64,000 bases of DNA from a virus (IMGVR_UViG_3300048762_000252:1-64000); one strand, 5' to 3'; counted from the stretch's first letter, positions 38,515 to 48,835 are shown. The notes: generated by a model not told the origin, from the letters alone. Translations and numbers: made by a program.

Positions 38515-41165
38515 AAATGAAAACTCTACTTGAACAAGAAAACGGTGCTCTAGAAGTAACTTCTACTATTGAGAGTATGTTAAAGCAAAAAACTCTTGAA
38601 GCTATTGAAGAAACTCGAAAACAAGTCGCTGCTGATACCTTTAGCATGAATTTTGAATCTGCCGATTCAGAACTTCAAGAAGCTATTGAAGCTGCTTACA
38701 ATGGCGAAGAGCAATTGGACGAATGGCCGAAGGCAGATACCACCGTTGACCATCCACTAGCAAAAGAACTGGCATCAAAAGCTCTTTATAACCACAAAGA
38801 ATACCATAATGGAAATCATGATGCCACTCATGGTGGATGGGCAATGCATGATCTTCATACATGGGCAAAAAACTATGCCAGGAAAAAAGATAAGGGTGTC
38901 TACGATAAGGAACTAGCGGTTAAGGGCCTCACCCACGCTATTAAAAATTCTGAAGCATCGACCTTTGGAAAACCACACGGAACAAAACACGGGCAGAAAA
39001 TTACCGGCGCTACACGCACGCAAGCCGCTCGCCACTTGCTCCCGCATGTGGAGAAGTTGATGAAGCAACACCAAAAGCCGGTGAAGGAAGAAAAAATAGT
39101 CGAAACAACCAAAATTTCTAAATCAGAAGATCCAATGGGCGTAGCTGGCACTCTTGGATTAACGACGAAAGATCCATGGGAAGAGAATAAAAAGCGAGCA
39201 GCCTTACCCATAGGTTTGTGGAAACACCCAAGCACTAGTAAGAAGAAAAAGTTTAGCCTGCTCTACAAACCAAAAAAAAAATCTAAAGCTCGTCTGACCG
39301 AAAAGCCGGTGACTGAAGAAGAAACAATAGATCAACATTGCGGTGGGTGCAAAAAGGATTTAACAAAGCATCATGGACAAATTTACCGCTTTTCAGTGCC
39401 ATCTATGCCGATAGGCAACTATCGTAGTGTAGATTTTTGTTCAACTAAATGCGCCACTTTGGATGCAATGAAAAATAAAGTGAATGAAACAGAAGCTCAT
39501 TATACCGGGCACAAAGATGGAAAAGTTGAACGATTTTCTTCAAATACACCGCCAACACAGAAATCACATGGACACCTTTATAATGCTGTGACTGGCCCTT
39601 TCAAAACAAAACGGGCAGCAGATTGGGCTGTGAAAAATCAAGGCAACCCACATTTTCATCATGTCAATGATGCAGAAAAATTATCTAAACTTGAAGTAAA
39701 CGAGCTTTATAGTGATTCTTTGATTCGTCATCTTGATCGTGATCCAAGAGCATCGGAACAAAAACCCAAAACAAACACAACATTAGCAATATTGAAAAAA
39801 CTTCATGCAGCCAATTATCCAAAGTTTGAAGTTTCACCAGATATACAAAAAGAAGAAGAATTTAATGAAGGTAGAAAACCTCATAAAAATCCATTAATGC
39901 ACGCACGGCTGACCGATCATGGATTTGAATATAAGGGAACGAATAGTGGATTTCAACATTACAAAAATTCAGAAGGACACAGAATAAAACACAAATTTCC
40001 AACACCGAACGGTAATCATAGTTTTACCCATGAAGATCCATCTGGAAAAGTAGTTTGGAAAAGTCCTTCTGCGAGCGATACAGAAATTCATAAGCATCTT
40101 GAAAAGCATTTTCCGACAGGAAAACTCGGGGAAGCCCGTGATCCATTCGGATTTGGTAAAAAACATTTGGCACAGTTGGGTGTAGTAGATAAGATAATTA
40201 AAAAGCAAGTCGCTGCAAAAAAGACACCTTCAACATTTCAAAGAGATCTTGATGATTGGCGGAAACATGATCGTGGCGCAATACCAAAAGGTAAATTAGG
40301 TGAAGAGGACATTACTGAATTTCAAGGGTATGGTCCAGCCGATCCGAACCATCCACTAAATCGTAATTTGGCACAAAATAGATCAAATAGTCCTATTACT
40401 CGTAAAGTAGCACCGTCGAAATTTGGGTATAAACCCGTTGATCCAAATCATCCATTAAATCGAACCGAAGCCGAACAACCACACAAATTAGATACTCCAT
40501 CACCGGAAGAAGCAAAAAAACATTTTAAATGGGCGCAACAAGTTCGTACTAAGGCCAGCAAAGGTCAAGGTGAATTTGATAATAAATGGAAGTCTGCAAA
40601 AACAGATAAAGAAAAACATGCACTGAAAGTACATGCATTTCAAAACAATTATAACATTCCTTGGGAACAAGGTGTTAATGTTCGAAGCAGATCTCCAATT
40701 CATGACTTTGCTACAGAAGAAGAAGTAAACGAAGAATATCTCACAGAAATTAGTCAAGCGATTCCGTGGCCTGCTCGTTCCAAGCATTTAGGAAGCTATA
40801 CAAGAAAGAAAGGTGAGGAAGGAGCATATAATCATCCTGAAGGGCACAAGCTTGAACTTCATAAAGATGCTGAAGGAAAACCAAATGGTGAATGGACACA
40901 TACCACAAAAGATGGAAAGGTAAAGAAGGGTACGGGTATTGGAAATTTGCATGTACATTTGATGAAAACACATGGAAATTTCGATGAAAGAGTAAAACAT
41001 CATATGCAAAACACTGGTGTTAACAGTCTGTCTCACGCAATGGGCGCACTCTCTTACAAACACCACAAAAAACACGAAGGAGATCCTGAAGATAACGCTG
41101 TAGAGTACAAAGCAATGCATAAAGCCGATATGAACCTCTCAAAGCGGGATCGAGGAGTAAGGTAA
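38511..41165 (+). CDS. gp67-anchored putative head-internal polyprotein (884 aa)
   Basis: IESMLKQKTLEAIEETRKQVAADTF, then basic modules split by LDE/VKEE/VTEE/VNE/FNE/LGE/ITE. Confidence 0.6.
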   Translation: MKMKTLLEQENGALEVTSTIESMLKQKTLEAIEETRKQVAADTFSMNFESADSELQEAIEAAYNGEEQLDEWPKADTTVDHPLAKELASKALYNHKEYHNGNHDATHGGWAMHDLHTWAKNYARKKDKGVYDKELAVKGLTHAIKNSEASTFGKPHGTKHGQKITGATRTQAARHLLPHVEKLMKQHQKPVKEEKIVETTKISKSEDPMGVAGTLGLTTKDPWEENKKRAALPIGLWKHPSTSKKKKFSLLYKPKKKSKARLTEKPVTEEETIDQHCGGCKKDLTKHHGQIYRFSVPSMPIGNYRSVDFCSTKCATLDAMKNKVNETEAHYTGHKDGKVERFSSNTPPTQKSHGHLYNAVTGPFKTKRAADWAVKNQGNPHFHHVNDAEKLSKLEVNELYSDSLIRHLDRDPRASEQKPKTNTTLAILKKLHAANYPKFEVSPDIQKEEEFNEGRKPHKNPLMHARLTDHGFEYKGTNSGFQHYKNSEGHRIKHKFPTPNGNHSFTHEDPSGKVVWKSPSASDTEIHKHLEKHFPTGKLGEARDPFGFGKKHLAQLGVVDKIIKKQVAAKKTPSTFQRDLDDWRKHDRGAIPKGKLGEEDITEFQGYGPADPNHPLNRNLAQNRSNSPITRKVAPSKFGYKPVDPNHPLNRTEAEQPHKLDTPSPEEAKKHFKWAQQVRTKASKGQGEFDNKWKSAKTDKEKHALKVHAFQNNYNIPWEQGVNVRSRSPIHDFATEEEVNEEYLTEISQAIPWPARSKHLGSYTRKKGEEGAYNHPEGHKLELHKDAEGKPNGEWTHTTKDGKVKKGTGIGNLHVHLMKTHGNFDERVKHHMQNTGVNSLSHAMGALSYKHHKKHEGDPEDNAVEYKAMHKADMNLSKRDRGVR

Positions 41166-41825
41166 ATGGCAATTCAAAATCCAAATTCATCCGGGCAAGG
41201 TCATGATCCTGATCACGAAAAAAATCCGTACCATGCAACACTTGTGAAACATGGTTATGAATATTCACATTCTACTCCTGTAAACCATTCTGCATATTCA
41301 GTATCTCCATCACACCCGGATTATAAGAATCAGGACATTCGTGTTCACCATTCTTATAAACACAAAGATTTAAAGGACCATGTTGTAGGTGTGTCTCCTT
41401 CAAAAGATGGAGGTCACAAATGGGATGTTCATAAATTGGGTCAAGGAACAAGTTTCACCGGAACTGGCTGGTCAGCGTTAGACAAACATCTGAAAGGTCA
41501 CCTTGCACGTGCAAAAAAGAAAGCAAATGCAGTTGAAGGGTTAATTCGTTCTAAACTTAACACCGCTCTCACTGAAGCAAAAAAAAATGTGGCTACATCT
41601 TTATTTGAAACCATCACAACAATGCCGACAATGCCAAAATCTTTGTCGTCAGGAGTAGATAAACATCAACAAAAACGTCAACAAATTCAAGCACTCCAAG
41701 TAAAGATTACTGCGCTGCAAGGTAAAATAGCCACATCAAAAGATCCAACTGCGATGAAACAACAACTTGCTATTCAGAAATCAAAATTAGAAACGGCGAA
41801 ATTGGAACTTGCAGTGGTGAAATAA
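41166..41825 (+). CDS. His-rich module + gp67-like helix + coiled coil
   Basis: NPYHATLVKHGY module; VEGLIRSKLNTALTEAKKNVATSLFE. Confidence 0.6.
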   Translation: MAIQNPNSSGQGHDPDHEKNPYHATLVKHGYEYSHSTPVNHSAYSVSPSHPDYKNQDIRVHHSYKHKDLKDHVVGVSPSKDGGHKWDVHKLGQGTSFTGTGWSALDKHLKGHLARAKKKANAVEGLIRSKLNTALTEAKKNVATSLFETITTMPTMPKSLSSGVDKHQQKRQQIQALQVKITALQGKIATSKDPTAMKQQLAIQKSKLETAKLELAVVK

Positions 41826-41826
41826 T

Positions 41827-43263
41827 ATGCCTTGGCAAGAGTCAGATGTCGAAAAGCATTTCAAAGGGCTATCTTCTAAAGAGAAAAGACAATGGTGTCA
41901 TGTCGCAAACGGGGCCTTAGAAGCTGGAGATGACGACGGAACGGCCTGTCACAAAGCTAATGGTGTGGTTAAAAAAAATCGCATGGAATCTGAAATACAA
42001 GAAGGTGAAAGATTTTACGATCAACGAACAAAATTGTTTAATCACCCGGCTAGACATGACGGCGCATCTCATGGGCAATATGATAACTATGTAAAAGGAC
42101 TTCACGATTTACATGATGGGTTATCTAAAAAAATAGGACCATTAGTTAAGAAGTATGAGAATAACAATAAAACTCATCCATCGTCAGGACAACCATATAG
42201 CAAACATGCAAAATTTCTTAAAGTGGGGTTAGCAGCAGCGGCACAACATTTGTCTGGTGTTTATGGAAAACATGCTGTTGACAAAGCGGACGCCAACGTT
42301 GTCGGTGCAATAAACGCCGATAATGCGTTAAATATGATGCATCAACTGAGCGACCATTTGGCACAGCATTTTAAAATACACGAATCTATTGAATCAAAGC
42401 TGTATGCGAAAGCCATCGCAATGGTCGAAGCTGTCCGTATGCAGCAAATCGCTGCTATATTTGAAGGCGCACTTGACAATCAACCTGAAGGTATCCTACA
42501 CAAAGCTGGTTGGACTCAAACAAAAGAAAAAGGCGACAATAAAATTTATACTCATACTGCACAAGATCATCGAACCTGTGCAGCTTGCAAATCTGGAATT
42601 CGGCACGATCATAATCCCATTGATAGTATGCATGGTCATGAGATTCATGTGAGTAAAAATGGAAATTGGCGGCATTACGACGGCGACAAATGTCTAGGTG
42701 CCGGTTTCACTGGCGAGAAGATGCGAAAGCATTTGGGTGAAGCTGTCCTAAACGAAGCCGATCCTAAACCACGGGTAGAAGTAGACAATGCTGGAAAGCC
42801 TGTAATACCAAATCGCCAACATTACTTGATGTACTTTCAGGACATGCAAGCTGGACATATCAAAGATGCCTTGCGTAGCGCCCACGAACGATGGGCCGCA
42901 GCAGAAAAAGTTGCATTAACTGCTCGTCAAGCATCTTTGGCAAATAAGAGTCAGTCTGTTAAAGACCAAGCAGCAATGGCGGCGGCGCATTTACAAGCTC
43001 TTGGTATTGAGTTGTCTGTCGGTAATTTGGTACTGAAGCAAAAGCAAAACAAGATGGGAAAAGAAGTTAAAAAGCAAAATGTGAAAATCAAAAGTCATGC
43101 TAGAACAGTTGGAAAAGTTGTAAACACTGTTATGAAAGGATCAAGTCCGCTTGCGAAGATGTTAGCCAAAGGTGTTGTGAAAGCTTTCACACCAAAGCCT
43201 GTTACTGTTAACAAAACAAAGAATTATTTGGCGACACCGAAAGCACCAAGAGTTTCAAAATAG
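41827..43263 (+). CDS. Modular core/internal protein with ChaB-like N-terminus
   Basis: PW...LSSKEKRQWCHVANGALEAGDDDGTACHKANGVVKK; IESKLYAKAIAMVEAVRMQQIAAIFE. Confidence 0.55.
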   Translation: MPWQESDVEKHFKGLSSKEKRQWCHVANGALEAGDDDGTACHKANGVVKKNRMESEIQEGERFYDQRTKLFNHPARHDGASHGQYDNYVKGLHDLHDGLSKKIGPLVKKYENNNKTHPSSGQPYSKHAKFLKVGLAAAAQHLSGVYGKHAVDKADANVVGAINADNALNMMHQLSDHLAQHFKIHESIESKLYAKAIAMVEAVRMQQIAAIFEGALDNQPEGILHKAGWTQTKEKGDNKIYTHTAQDHRTCAACKSGIRHDHNPIDSMHGHEIHVSKNGNWRHYDGDKCLGAGFTGEKMRKHLGEAVLNEADPKPRVEVDNAGKPVIPNRQHYLMYFQDMQAGHIKDALRSAHERWAAAEKVALTARQASLANKSQSVKDQAAMAAAHLQALGIELSVGNLVLKQKQNKMGKEVKKQNVKIKSHARTVGKVVNTVMKGSSPLAKMLAKGVVKAFTPKPVTVNKTKNYLATPKAPRVSK

Positions 43264-43284
43264 CGACGATGTATAAATATCTTT

Positions 43285-44127
43285 ATGCCTGCATTTATTA
43301 ATTTAGAAGCGCATAAAGAACAGATTGTTTCGCTATATCAATCTGCGAAAGGATGTCCAGAGATTTGTCAAATCTTGCAATCGTCATTTGGGATAACTGT
43401 AAAGACATGTAAGTTATGGTCTCAACTTAAACGTTGGCAAGTTATTACTCGGTCCAGAGAGTGTCAACGATATACTATATTATCCAATGAACAAAAAGAC
43501 ATCATTGATGGAATGTTATTAGGAGACGGTTCTTTGCGTACTTATCGAAAGACACCGCAAATAGTCTTAACCAGCATTCATCGGGAATATGTTGATTTTT
43601 TAAATACTCTTCTTCCCATAAAAACACGGATAGCCGAACGACGATTAAGACAAAAAGTCATGTTTGATAATATTTCTTATGATTGTAAGCCTAGCTTTGA
43701 ATTGGTATCTGTCAGTGACAAAGTGTTGTTTGAATTTTGTAAAAGATGGCTGTATTTAAGACACAAAATAATTCCTAATGATTTGACTTTTACTCCAACA
43801 ATGATTCGCCATTGGTTTTATGGTGATGGTAGCACTTCATTTCTAAAGCGCAAAAATCGAAAAATTCAGAATTCTACTGTTCATCTTACTTTTTGCACAA
43901 ATGCTTTTACTGAAGACGAGTGTCATCAACTATGCTATCAATTTGAAAAGATAGATTCAAATCTTAAATTTTTTGTTAATCACACACAAAAAGGGCAACC
44001 GATTATCAAAACAACACGTCAAGCTGCTATTAATACGTTTTTTGATTACATAGGAGATTGTGAAATTTCGTGTTTTGATTATAAATGGAAACGTCCAATT
44101 ACTAAATACATGGTAGGTGCATCATGA
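43285..44127 (+). CDS. LAGLIDADG homing endonuclease
   Basis: IIDGMLLGDGS and HWFYGDGS, CTNAFT, YKW; TATAAATA 5 nt before ATG. Confidence 0.9.
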   Translation: MPAFINLEAHKEQIVSLYQSAKGCPEICQILQSSFGITVKTCKLWSQLKRWQVITRSRECQRYTILSNEQKDIIDGMLLGDGSLRTYRKTPQIVLTSIHREYVDFLNTLLPIKTRIAERRLRQKVMFDNISYDCKPSFELVSVSDKVLFEFCKRWLYLRHKIIPNDLTFTPTMIRHWFYGDGSTSFLKRKNRKIQNSTVHLTFCTNAFTEDECHQLCYQFEKIDSNLKFFVNHTQKGQPIIKTTRQAAINTFFDYIGDCEISCFDYKWKRPITKYMVGAS

Positions 44128-44777
44128 AACTTCTAACCGAACAAAACGAAAATGTGATTGTAGAAACCGTATCAGAACCAACTGGAAAATCATATTATAT
44201 TCAAGGAGTGTTTCTTCAAGCAAATGTTCAGAACAGAAATGGTCGCATTTATGGGTTGCCTATTCTTGAAAAAGAAGTGACTCGTTATAACCAAGCTTAC
44301 ATTTCACAACGAAGAGCTTTGGGCCAGCTTGGACATCCAGACTCTCCCACAATCGAATTAGAAAATGTTTCTCATCTTATTATTGATCTTTTTCAAGAAG
44401 CAAATAATTTTATAGGAAAAGCGAAAATCTTAGACACTCCAATGGGAAAAATTACAAAAAGTCTCATTGATGAGGGGGTCAAGCTTGGGGTCAGTAGTCG
44501 TGGAATGGGATCACTTAAAGAGAACGGTCGGGGCGTTCAAGAAGTTCAAGATGATTTTTATTTGGCTACAGTGGACATTGTAGCAGATCCGTCTGCACCT
44601 TCCGCATTTGTACAAGGTATCATGGAAGGAAAAGAATGGGTGTGGGACAACGGTGTCTTAACTGAATCCAAAGTAGATGCTATCAAGCGCACATTGACAA
44701 AAAAGAAGTTCTCAGAAAAGGCAATGCTTGAAGCGTTCGACAGCTTTATGAAGAACCTTTCTGGACAGTCTTTTTAG
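44124..44777 (+). CDS. gp21: Prohead core scaffold protease
   Basis: NRNGRIY, GQLGHP, VSH, GVSSRGMGSL, DIVADPSAPSAFV. Confidence 0.96.
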   Translation: MKLLTEQNENVIVETVSEPTGKSYYIQGVFLQANVQNRNGRIYGLPILEKEVTRYNQAYISQRRALGQLGHPDSPTIELENVSHLIIDLFQEANNFIGKAKILDTPMGKITKSLIDEGVKLGVSSRGMGSLKENGRGVQEVQDDFYLATVDIVADPSAPSAFVQGIMEGKEWVWDNGVLTESKVDAIKRTLTKKKFSEKAMLEAFDSFMKNLSGQSF

Positions 44778-45804
44778 CCCACTGTTTGAATGACGGTATG
44801 CCAAGTTTTTCAATTTGGTAAGCAGCTACTTTCTTACAGATAGCGATAAACTCAGCATCAGTTAAATTGCGTTTGATGTGTTGAAGTTTCTTGTCTATCC
44901 ATTGGACATTTCCATTGACATAGCCTTTTGAACTGTCGATGCGATCAAGAGAGGCGTTGCCATACTCTTTTCTTCCCTTATAATATCGCATTCTTAGTAT
45001 TTTGCCGGTGAGCGCACACTTTCTATTTTGTTTCAAAAATATGTCCCATACATAATCAATGGCGATGGAAAGTTCAATCTCTCGCCTTTGTGCATTTTGT
45101 TTGATTCTATACCAAGTTGTCTGTCCTATTTCACCACAACCTTTCCACTGAGCATGTTTGTTCCCTTTAAATTCAAATTTTTCTTCAGATTTTTCTTCTG
45201 ATAGTAGGTTTGGAAAAATACGACCAATGTTTTTTTCTTCCGCATGGCGTGCCACATCCTTACAAGTTTGAATAAATTCGGATTGTTCCCAATTCAATTT
45301 TATTGGTTGAAGGCACTTGTCTATCCATTGAACATTTTCAACTGTATAACTTCTATTGGAGTCGATTCGATCCAGGGAAGCATTACCAATGTTTTTACGG
45401 TCTTCCCATTTATACATTGTCAATTCAATGCCAGTCAAAGCGCATTTTCTTGACTGCTGTTCGAATAAATTCCAGGCTTCTTCCTTTGTAATTTCAAATG
45501 GAATGTGACGCTTAACCGCACACAATTTCAAGACACACCACTGTCGGCCTGTTATACTTTCGTATCCTTTCCATCTAGGATTTCCCTTTCCTCTAGTGCT
45601 AATATTCCTACAATTCGGGCAGTTACTATACAGCAGCCTTCTGTTTTTGATGGCAGTAACCCATTCATGTGAACATATATTACATTTCCACAATGCTTTA
45701 AAATGACTGCCCTTACTGTAATCTGAAAATTTCTTTTCGTTTTTTTCGTGCCATTCATTAAGTAGCCGAGTTTCCCATTCCTGGATATTGTGTGGTTTTG
45801 CCAT
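44746..45804 (-). CDS. HNH-like homing endonuclease with tandem duplicated nuclease domain
   Basis: Two copies of KCALTG...NASLDRIDS...Y...NVQWIDK plus N-terminal CxxC..CPNC. Confidence 0.8.
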   Translation of the reverse strand: MAKPHNIQEWETRLLNEWHEKNEKKFSDYSKGSHFKALWKCNICSHEWVTAIKNRRLLYSNCPNCRNISTRGKGNPRWKGYESITGRQWCVLKLCAVKRHIPFEITKEEAWNLFEQQSRKCALTGIELTMYKWEDRKNIGNASLDRIDSNRSYTVENVQWIDKCLQPIKLNWEQSEFIQTCKDVARHAEEKNIGRIFPNLLSEEKSEEKFEFKGNKHAQWKGCGEIGQTTWYRIKQNAQRREIELSIAIDYVWDIFLKQNRKCALTGKILRMRYYKGRKEYGNASLDRIDSSKGYVNGNVQWIDKKLQHIKRNLTDAEFIAICKKVAAYQIEKLGIPSFKQWAKKTVQKGSS

Positions 45805-45910
45805 ACAATTACTTAGACATCAAAGGTTCATCACATCATATCCTTTCAAAAATCAACACTTTATAAATAATAACCAGATTGTGATTTTCTTAAATCACGG
45901 AGTGACAAAA

Positions 45911-47386
45911 ATGGCAAAAAGAATTGAAGATAAAATCATGGACATTCTTAACAACACTCAATTGGATGAAGGTGCCTCTTGGGAAAATCTCGGAGGCCCG
46001 ACGCCGAGCGAAACCTTGAAAGGCCCTATTGACTATGCAAAGAATGTGCAGAAAGCGCATGTACCACAAGCCCATCCAATTCCGGGTGTTGGCGAAATTG
46101 GCAACGAAGAAGCCGATCAAAACGACCCAATCACTGATGTAGTTGATGATATGGACGAAGACGAAATCTATGAAGCCGAAGACGAAGACGAAAAGGACGA
46201 CGAAGAGAAAGAAGAAGGCGATGGCGACGAAGACGAAGATGATGAAGATGAAAAACTCGAAGAGACTTTCTCATCCCTGTTGCAGCGTCTTGCCGAAGAA
46301 GATGTTGATGAAGACGAAGGCGAAACCAGTTTGAAGGATGCCGATGCTGATTTTGGCACACCAGAAGAAACTCTTCCTGATGTTGACAGTAAGCTAGAAA
46401 ATCCAGAAAGTCTTCTAACAAAAGCACCTGGAATCAAGGTTGCTGAAGAAGAGATGGATGAAGAAGAGATGGATGAAGACGAAGGCGAAACCAGTCTGAA
46501 GGATGCTGATGATGATTTTGGCACACCAGAAGAAACTCTTCCTGATGTCGATTCTAAACTCGACAAACCAGATTCATTAGTAACCCCGGCTGTTGGAGCA
46601 AAGGCTCCGAATCCAAAGTTTGTTGAACATGACACAGATGTGAAGGAAGATCTTGATGCTGTTTTTGCTGGTACCAAATTGTCCGAAGCAGCCAAAGCAA
46701 AAGCCGCAACAATTTTCAAGGCCGCTGTAATACGCAGAGTCAACGAAGAAAAGACTCGTGTCCAGCAAGTTGCCACCAGAAAGCTGAAAGAAGCATTTGC
46801 AATTTTGAAAGCACGTTCCGAACAGAAGCAAAATGTATACGAATCCAAGCTGACTGGACAAGTTGACCGCTATCTCAACTATGTGGTTGAGAATTGGATG
46901 GACGATAATCGCTTGGCTGTTGAGAAGGGCATTCGTGCCGAACTTGCAGAAAGCTTTATTACTGGTCTGAAGAATCTCTTTGTAGAACATTACATTGAGG
47001 TACCGGAATCCAAGGTTGATGTTCTTGCAACTCTTGGTAAAAAGGTTACAAAGTTGGAATCGAAGCTAAATGAATCGATTGAAACGAACACCAAGATGCG
47101 TGCTTCCTTGAATGCATATCGCAAGGAAGAAGTGGTTCGTGCAGTATCGGGTGGACTTGCAGAGACACAACGTGAAAAGCTGACAAAATTGGCAGAAGGC
47201 GTTGATTACACAACCCGTAAAGAATTCGCAGCAAAGTTGGTTTCTCTGAAAGAAGCGTATTTCCCAAAGTCACCTAAAACGGTGAAGAGAGAAGAACAGC
47301 CGCTTTTGGAGTCTGTACAAAAACCAGTGAACAGCGAAATGGCAGTATATACAAAAACACTGTCGAAGATGAACAAGAAAGACTAA
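45911..47386 (+). CDS. gp22: Prohead core scaffold protein
   Basis: KAATIFKAAV, YLNYVVENW, SFITGLKNLFVEHYIEVP motifs; GGAG RBS; TATAAATA upstream. Confidence 0.93.
   Translation: MAKRIEDKIMDILNNTQLDEGASWENLGGPTPSETLKGPIDYAKNVQKAHVPQAHPIPGVGEIGNEEADQNDPITDVVDDMDEDEIYEAEDEDEKDDEEKEEGDGDEDEDDEDEKLEETFSSLLQRLAEEDVDEDEGETSLKDADADFGTPEETLPDVDSKLENPESLLTKAPGIKVAEEEMDEEEMDEDEGETSLKDADDDFGTPEETLPDVDSKLDKPDSLVTPAVGAKAPNPKFVEHDTDVKEDLDAVFAGTKLSEAAKAKAATIFKAAVIRRVNEEKTRVQQVATRKLKEAFAILKARSEQKQNVYESKLTGQVDRYLNYVVENWMDDNRLAVEKGIRAELAESFITGLKNLFVEHYIEVPESKVDVLATLGKKVTKLESKLNESIETNTKMRASLNAYRKEEVVRAVSGGLAETQREKLTKLAEGVDYTTRKEFAAKLVSLKEAYFPKSPKTVKREEQPLLESVQKPVNSEMAVYTKTLSKMNKKD
46307..46560 (+). repeat. Direct duplication within gp22 (DEDEGETSLKDADxDFGTPEETLPDVDSKL twice)
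   Basis: Two near-identical ~90-nt copies 165 nt apart. Confidence 0.9.
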
Positions 47387-47461
47387 CTGTAGTAGAAAGT
47401 AGATACATTATAAATACTAAAGTTGGTCTTAAATGGACTAATGGAGAGAGAGAGACGGACT

Positions 47462-48835
47462 ATGAATATTTCCGAACAACTAAGAAAGAAGTGGGCAGAT
47501 GTCATTGACCACGAGGCTCTACCCAAGATTGCTGACGCACATCGCAGAGATGTAACAATTCAGATTCTTGAGAATGAGCAACGTGCAATCAAGGAAGAGA
47601 AGGAACAACTTCTCCGTGAAGCCGCCCCAACAAACAATTACGGTTCAGGTAACATCGGCGCATGGGACCCGATTTTGATTTCCCTTGTGCGTCGTGCAAT
47701 GCCTAACCTGATCGCTTACGACGTATGCGGTGTGCAGCCTATGACCGGCCCAACAGGGTTGATCTTCGCAATGCGCTCCAAATACTCTACAATGGCCTCA
47801 ACCAACCGTGTTCCTGGAACCGGCTTGTTCCCTGATGGCACTGGTACAGACCCGAATGAAGCATTCTTCAATGAAGCTGCAACAGGCTTCTCTGGTTTGG
47901 ACCCGACCCTGGGAACCCCAGGACAGGTAGTTGGCGCACAGGGAAGCAATCCATTTGCTTCCACACCAATGTCTACATCTTACCTAACTGGTAGTGCAAT
48001 GACAACGGCAGAAGCCGAAGCATTGGGCACTTTCCCATCTGGTCCTTATCAATTCAATGAAATGGCACTTAGCATTGACAAAGTAACTGTCACTGCACAG
48101 AGCCGTGCATTGAAGGCAGAATACACGATGGAACTTGCACAAGACTTGAAAGCAATTCACGGCTTGGATGCAGAGACGGAACTTGCGAATATTCTCAGCA
48201 CAGAAATTCTTGCTGAAATTAACCGTGAGATCATCCGCACTCTGTACTTCATCGCTAAGGTGGGTGCTCAGAAGTCTGTCGCAGTTCCAGGTACTTTCAA
48301 CCTTGATACTGACTCTAATGGCCGTTGGCTTGAAGAAAAGTTCAAGGGTATGTTATTCCAGGTGGAAAGAGATGCAAACCAGATCGCACGTGAGACACGT
48401 AGAGGTAAAGGTAACTTTATCATCTGCTCGTCCGACGTTGCTTCTGCGTTGGCAATGACAGGTATCCTGTCTTATGCTCCAGCACTGGCAACCAATTTGA
48501 ACGTCGATGATACCGGCAACACATTCGCTGGTGTATTGAAGAATAATACAAAGGTCTTTATTGATCCGTACTTCAATAACACTGGTGACTTGAACACCGA
48601 ACTCTTGATGGTTGGATACAAGGGTAGTTCTCCGTATGACGCAGGATTTTTCTACTGCCCTTATATTCCATTGCAAATGGTGCGTGCAGTTGGGGAAACT
48701 AATTTCCAACCAAAGATAGGTTTTAAGACAAGATACGGACTTGTTGCAAATCCGTATTACACTAATGCTGTTGGTGCAATTACAGCCACATCGAACCCGT
48801 ATTACCGCTTGGTCAAGGTAAAAAATTTGCAGTGA
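47462..48835 (+). CDS. gp23: Major capsid protein
   Basis: LISLVRRAMPNLIAYDVCGVQPMTGPTGLIFAMR, SRALKAEYTMELAQDLKAIHGLDAE, FQPKIGFKTRYG. Confidence 0.98.
   Translation: MNISEQLRKKWADVIDHEALPKIADAHRRDVTIQILENEQRAIKEEKEQLLREAAPTNNYGSGNIGAWDPILISLVRRAMPNLIAYDVCGVQPMTGPTGLIFAMRSKYSTMASTNRVPGTGLFPDGTGTDPNEAFFNEAATGFSGLDPTLGTPGQVVGAQGSNPFASTPMSTSYLTGSAMTTAEAEALGTFPSGPYQFNEMALSIDKVTVTAQSRALKAEYTMELAQDLKAIHGLDAETELANILSTEILAEINREIIRTLYFIAKVGAQKSVAVPGTFNLDTDSNGRWLEEKFKGMLFQVERDANQIARETRRGKGNFIICSSDVASALAMTGILSYAPALATNLNVDDTGNTFAGVLKNNTKVFIDPYFNNTGDLNTELLMVGYKGSSPYDAGFFYCPYIPLQMVRAVGETNFQPKIGFKTRYGLVANPYYTNAVGAITATSNPYYRLVKVKNLQ

Noticed and set aside
46168-46848. Ser-rich antisense ORFs here and at 36944-37402
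   Set aside because: Mirror of GAA/GAT-rich acidic coding sequence on the + strand
26486-48835. Introns or inteins in terminase, portal, protease or capsid genes
   Set aside because: ORFs are continuous with normal motif spacing; the endonucleases are free-standing
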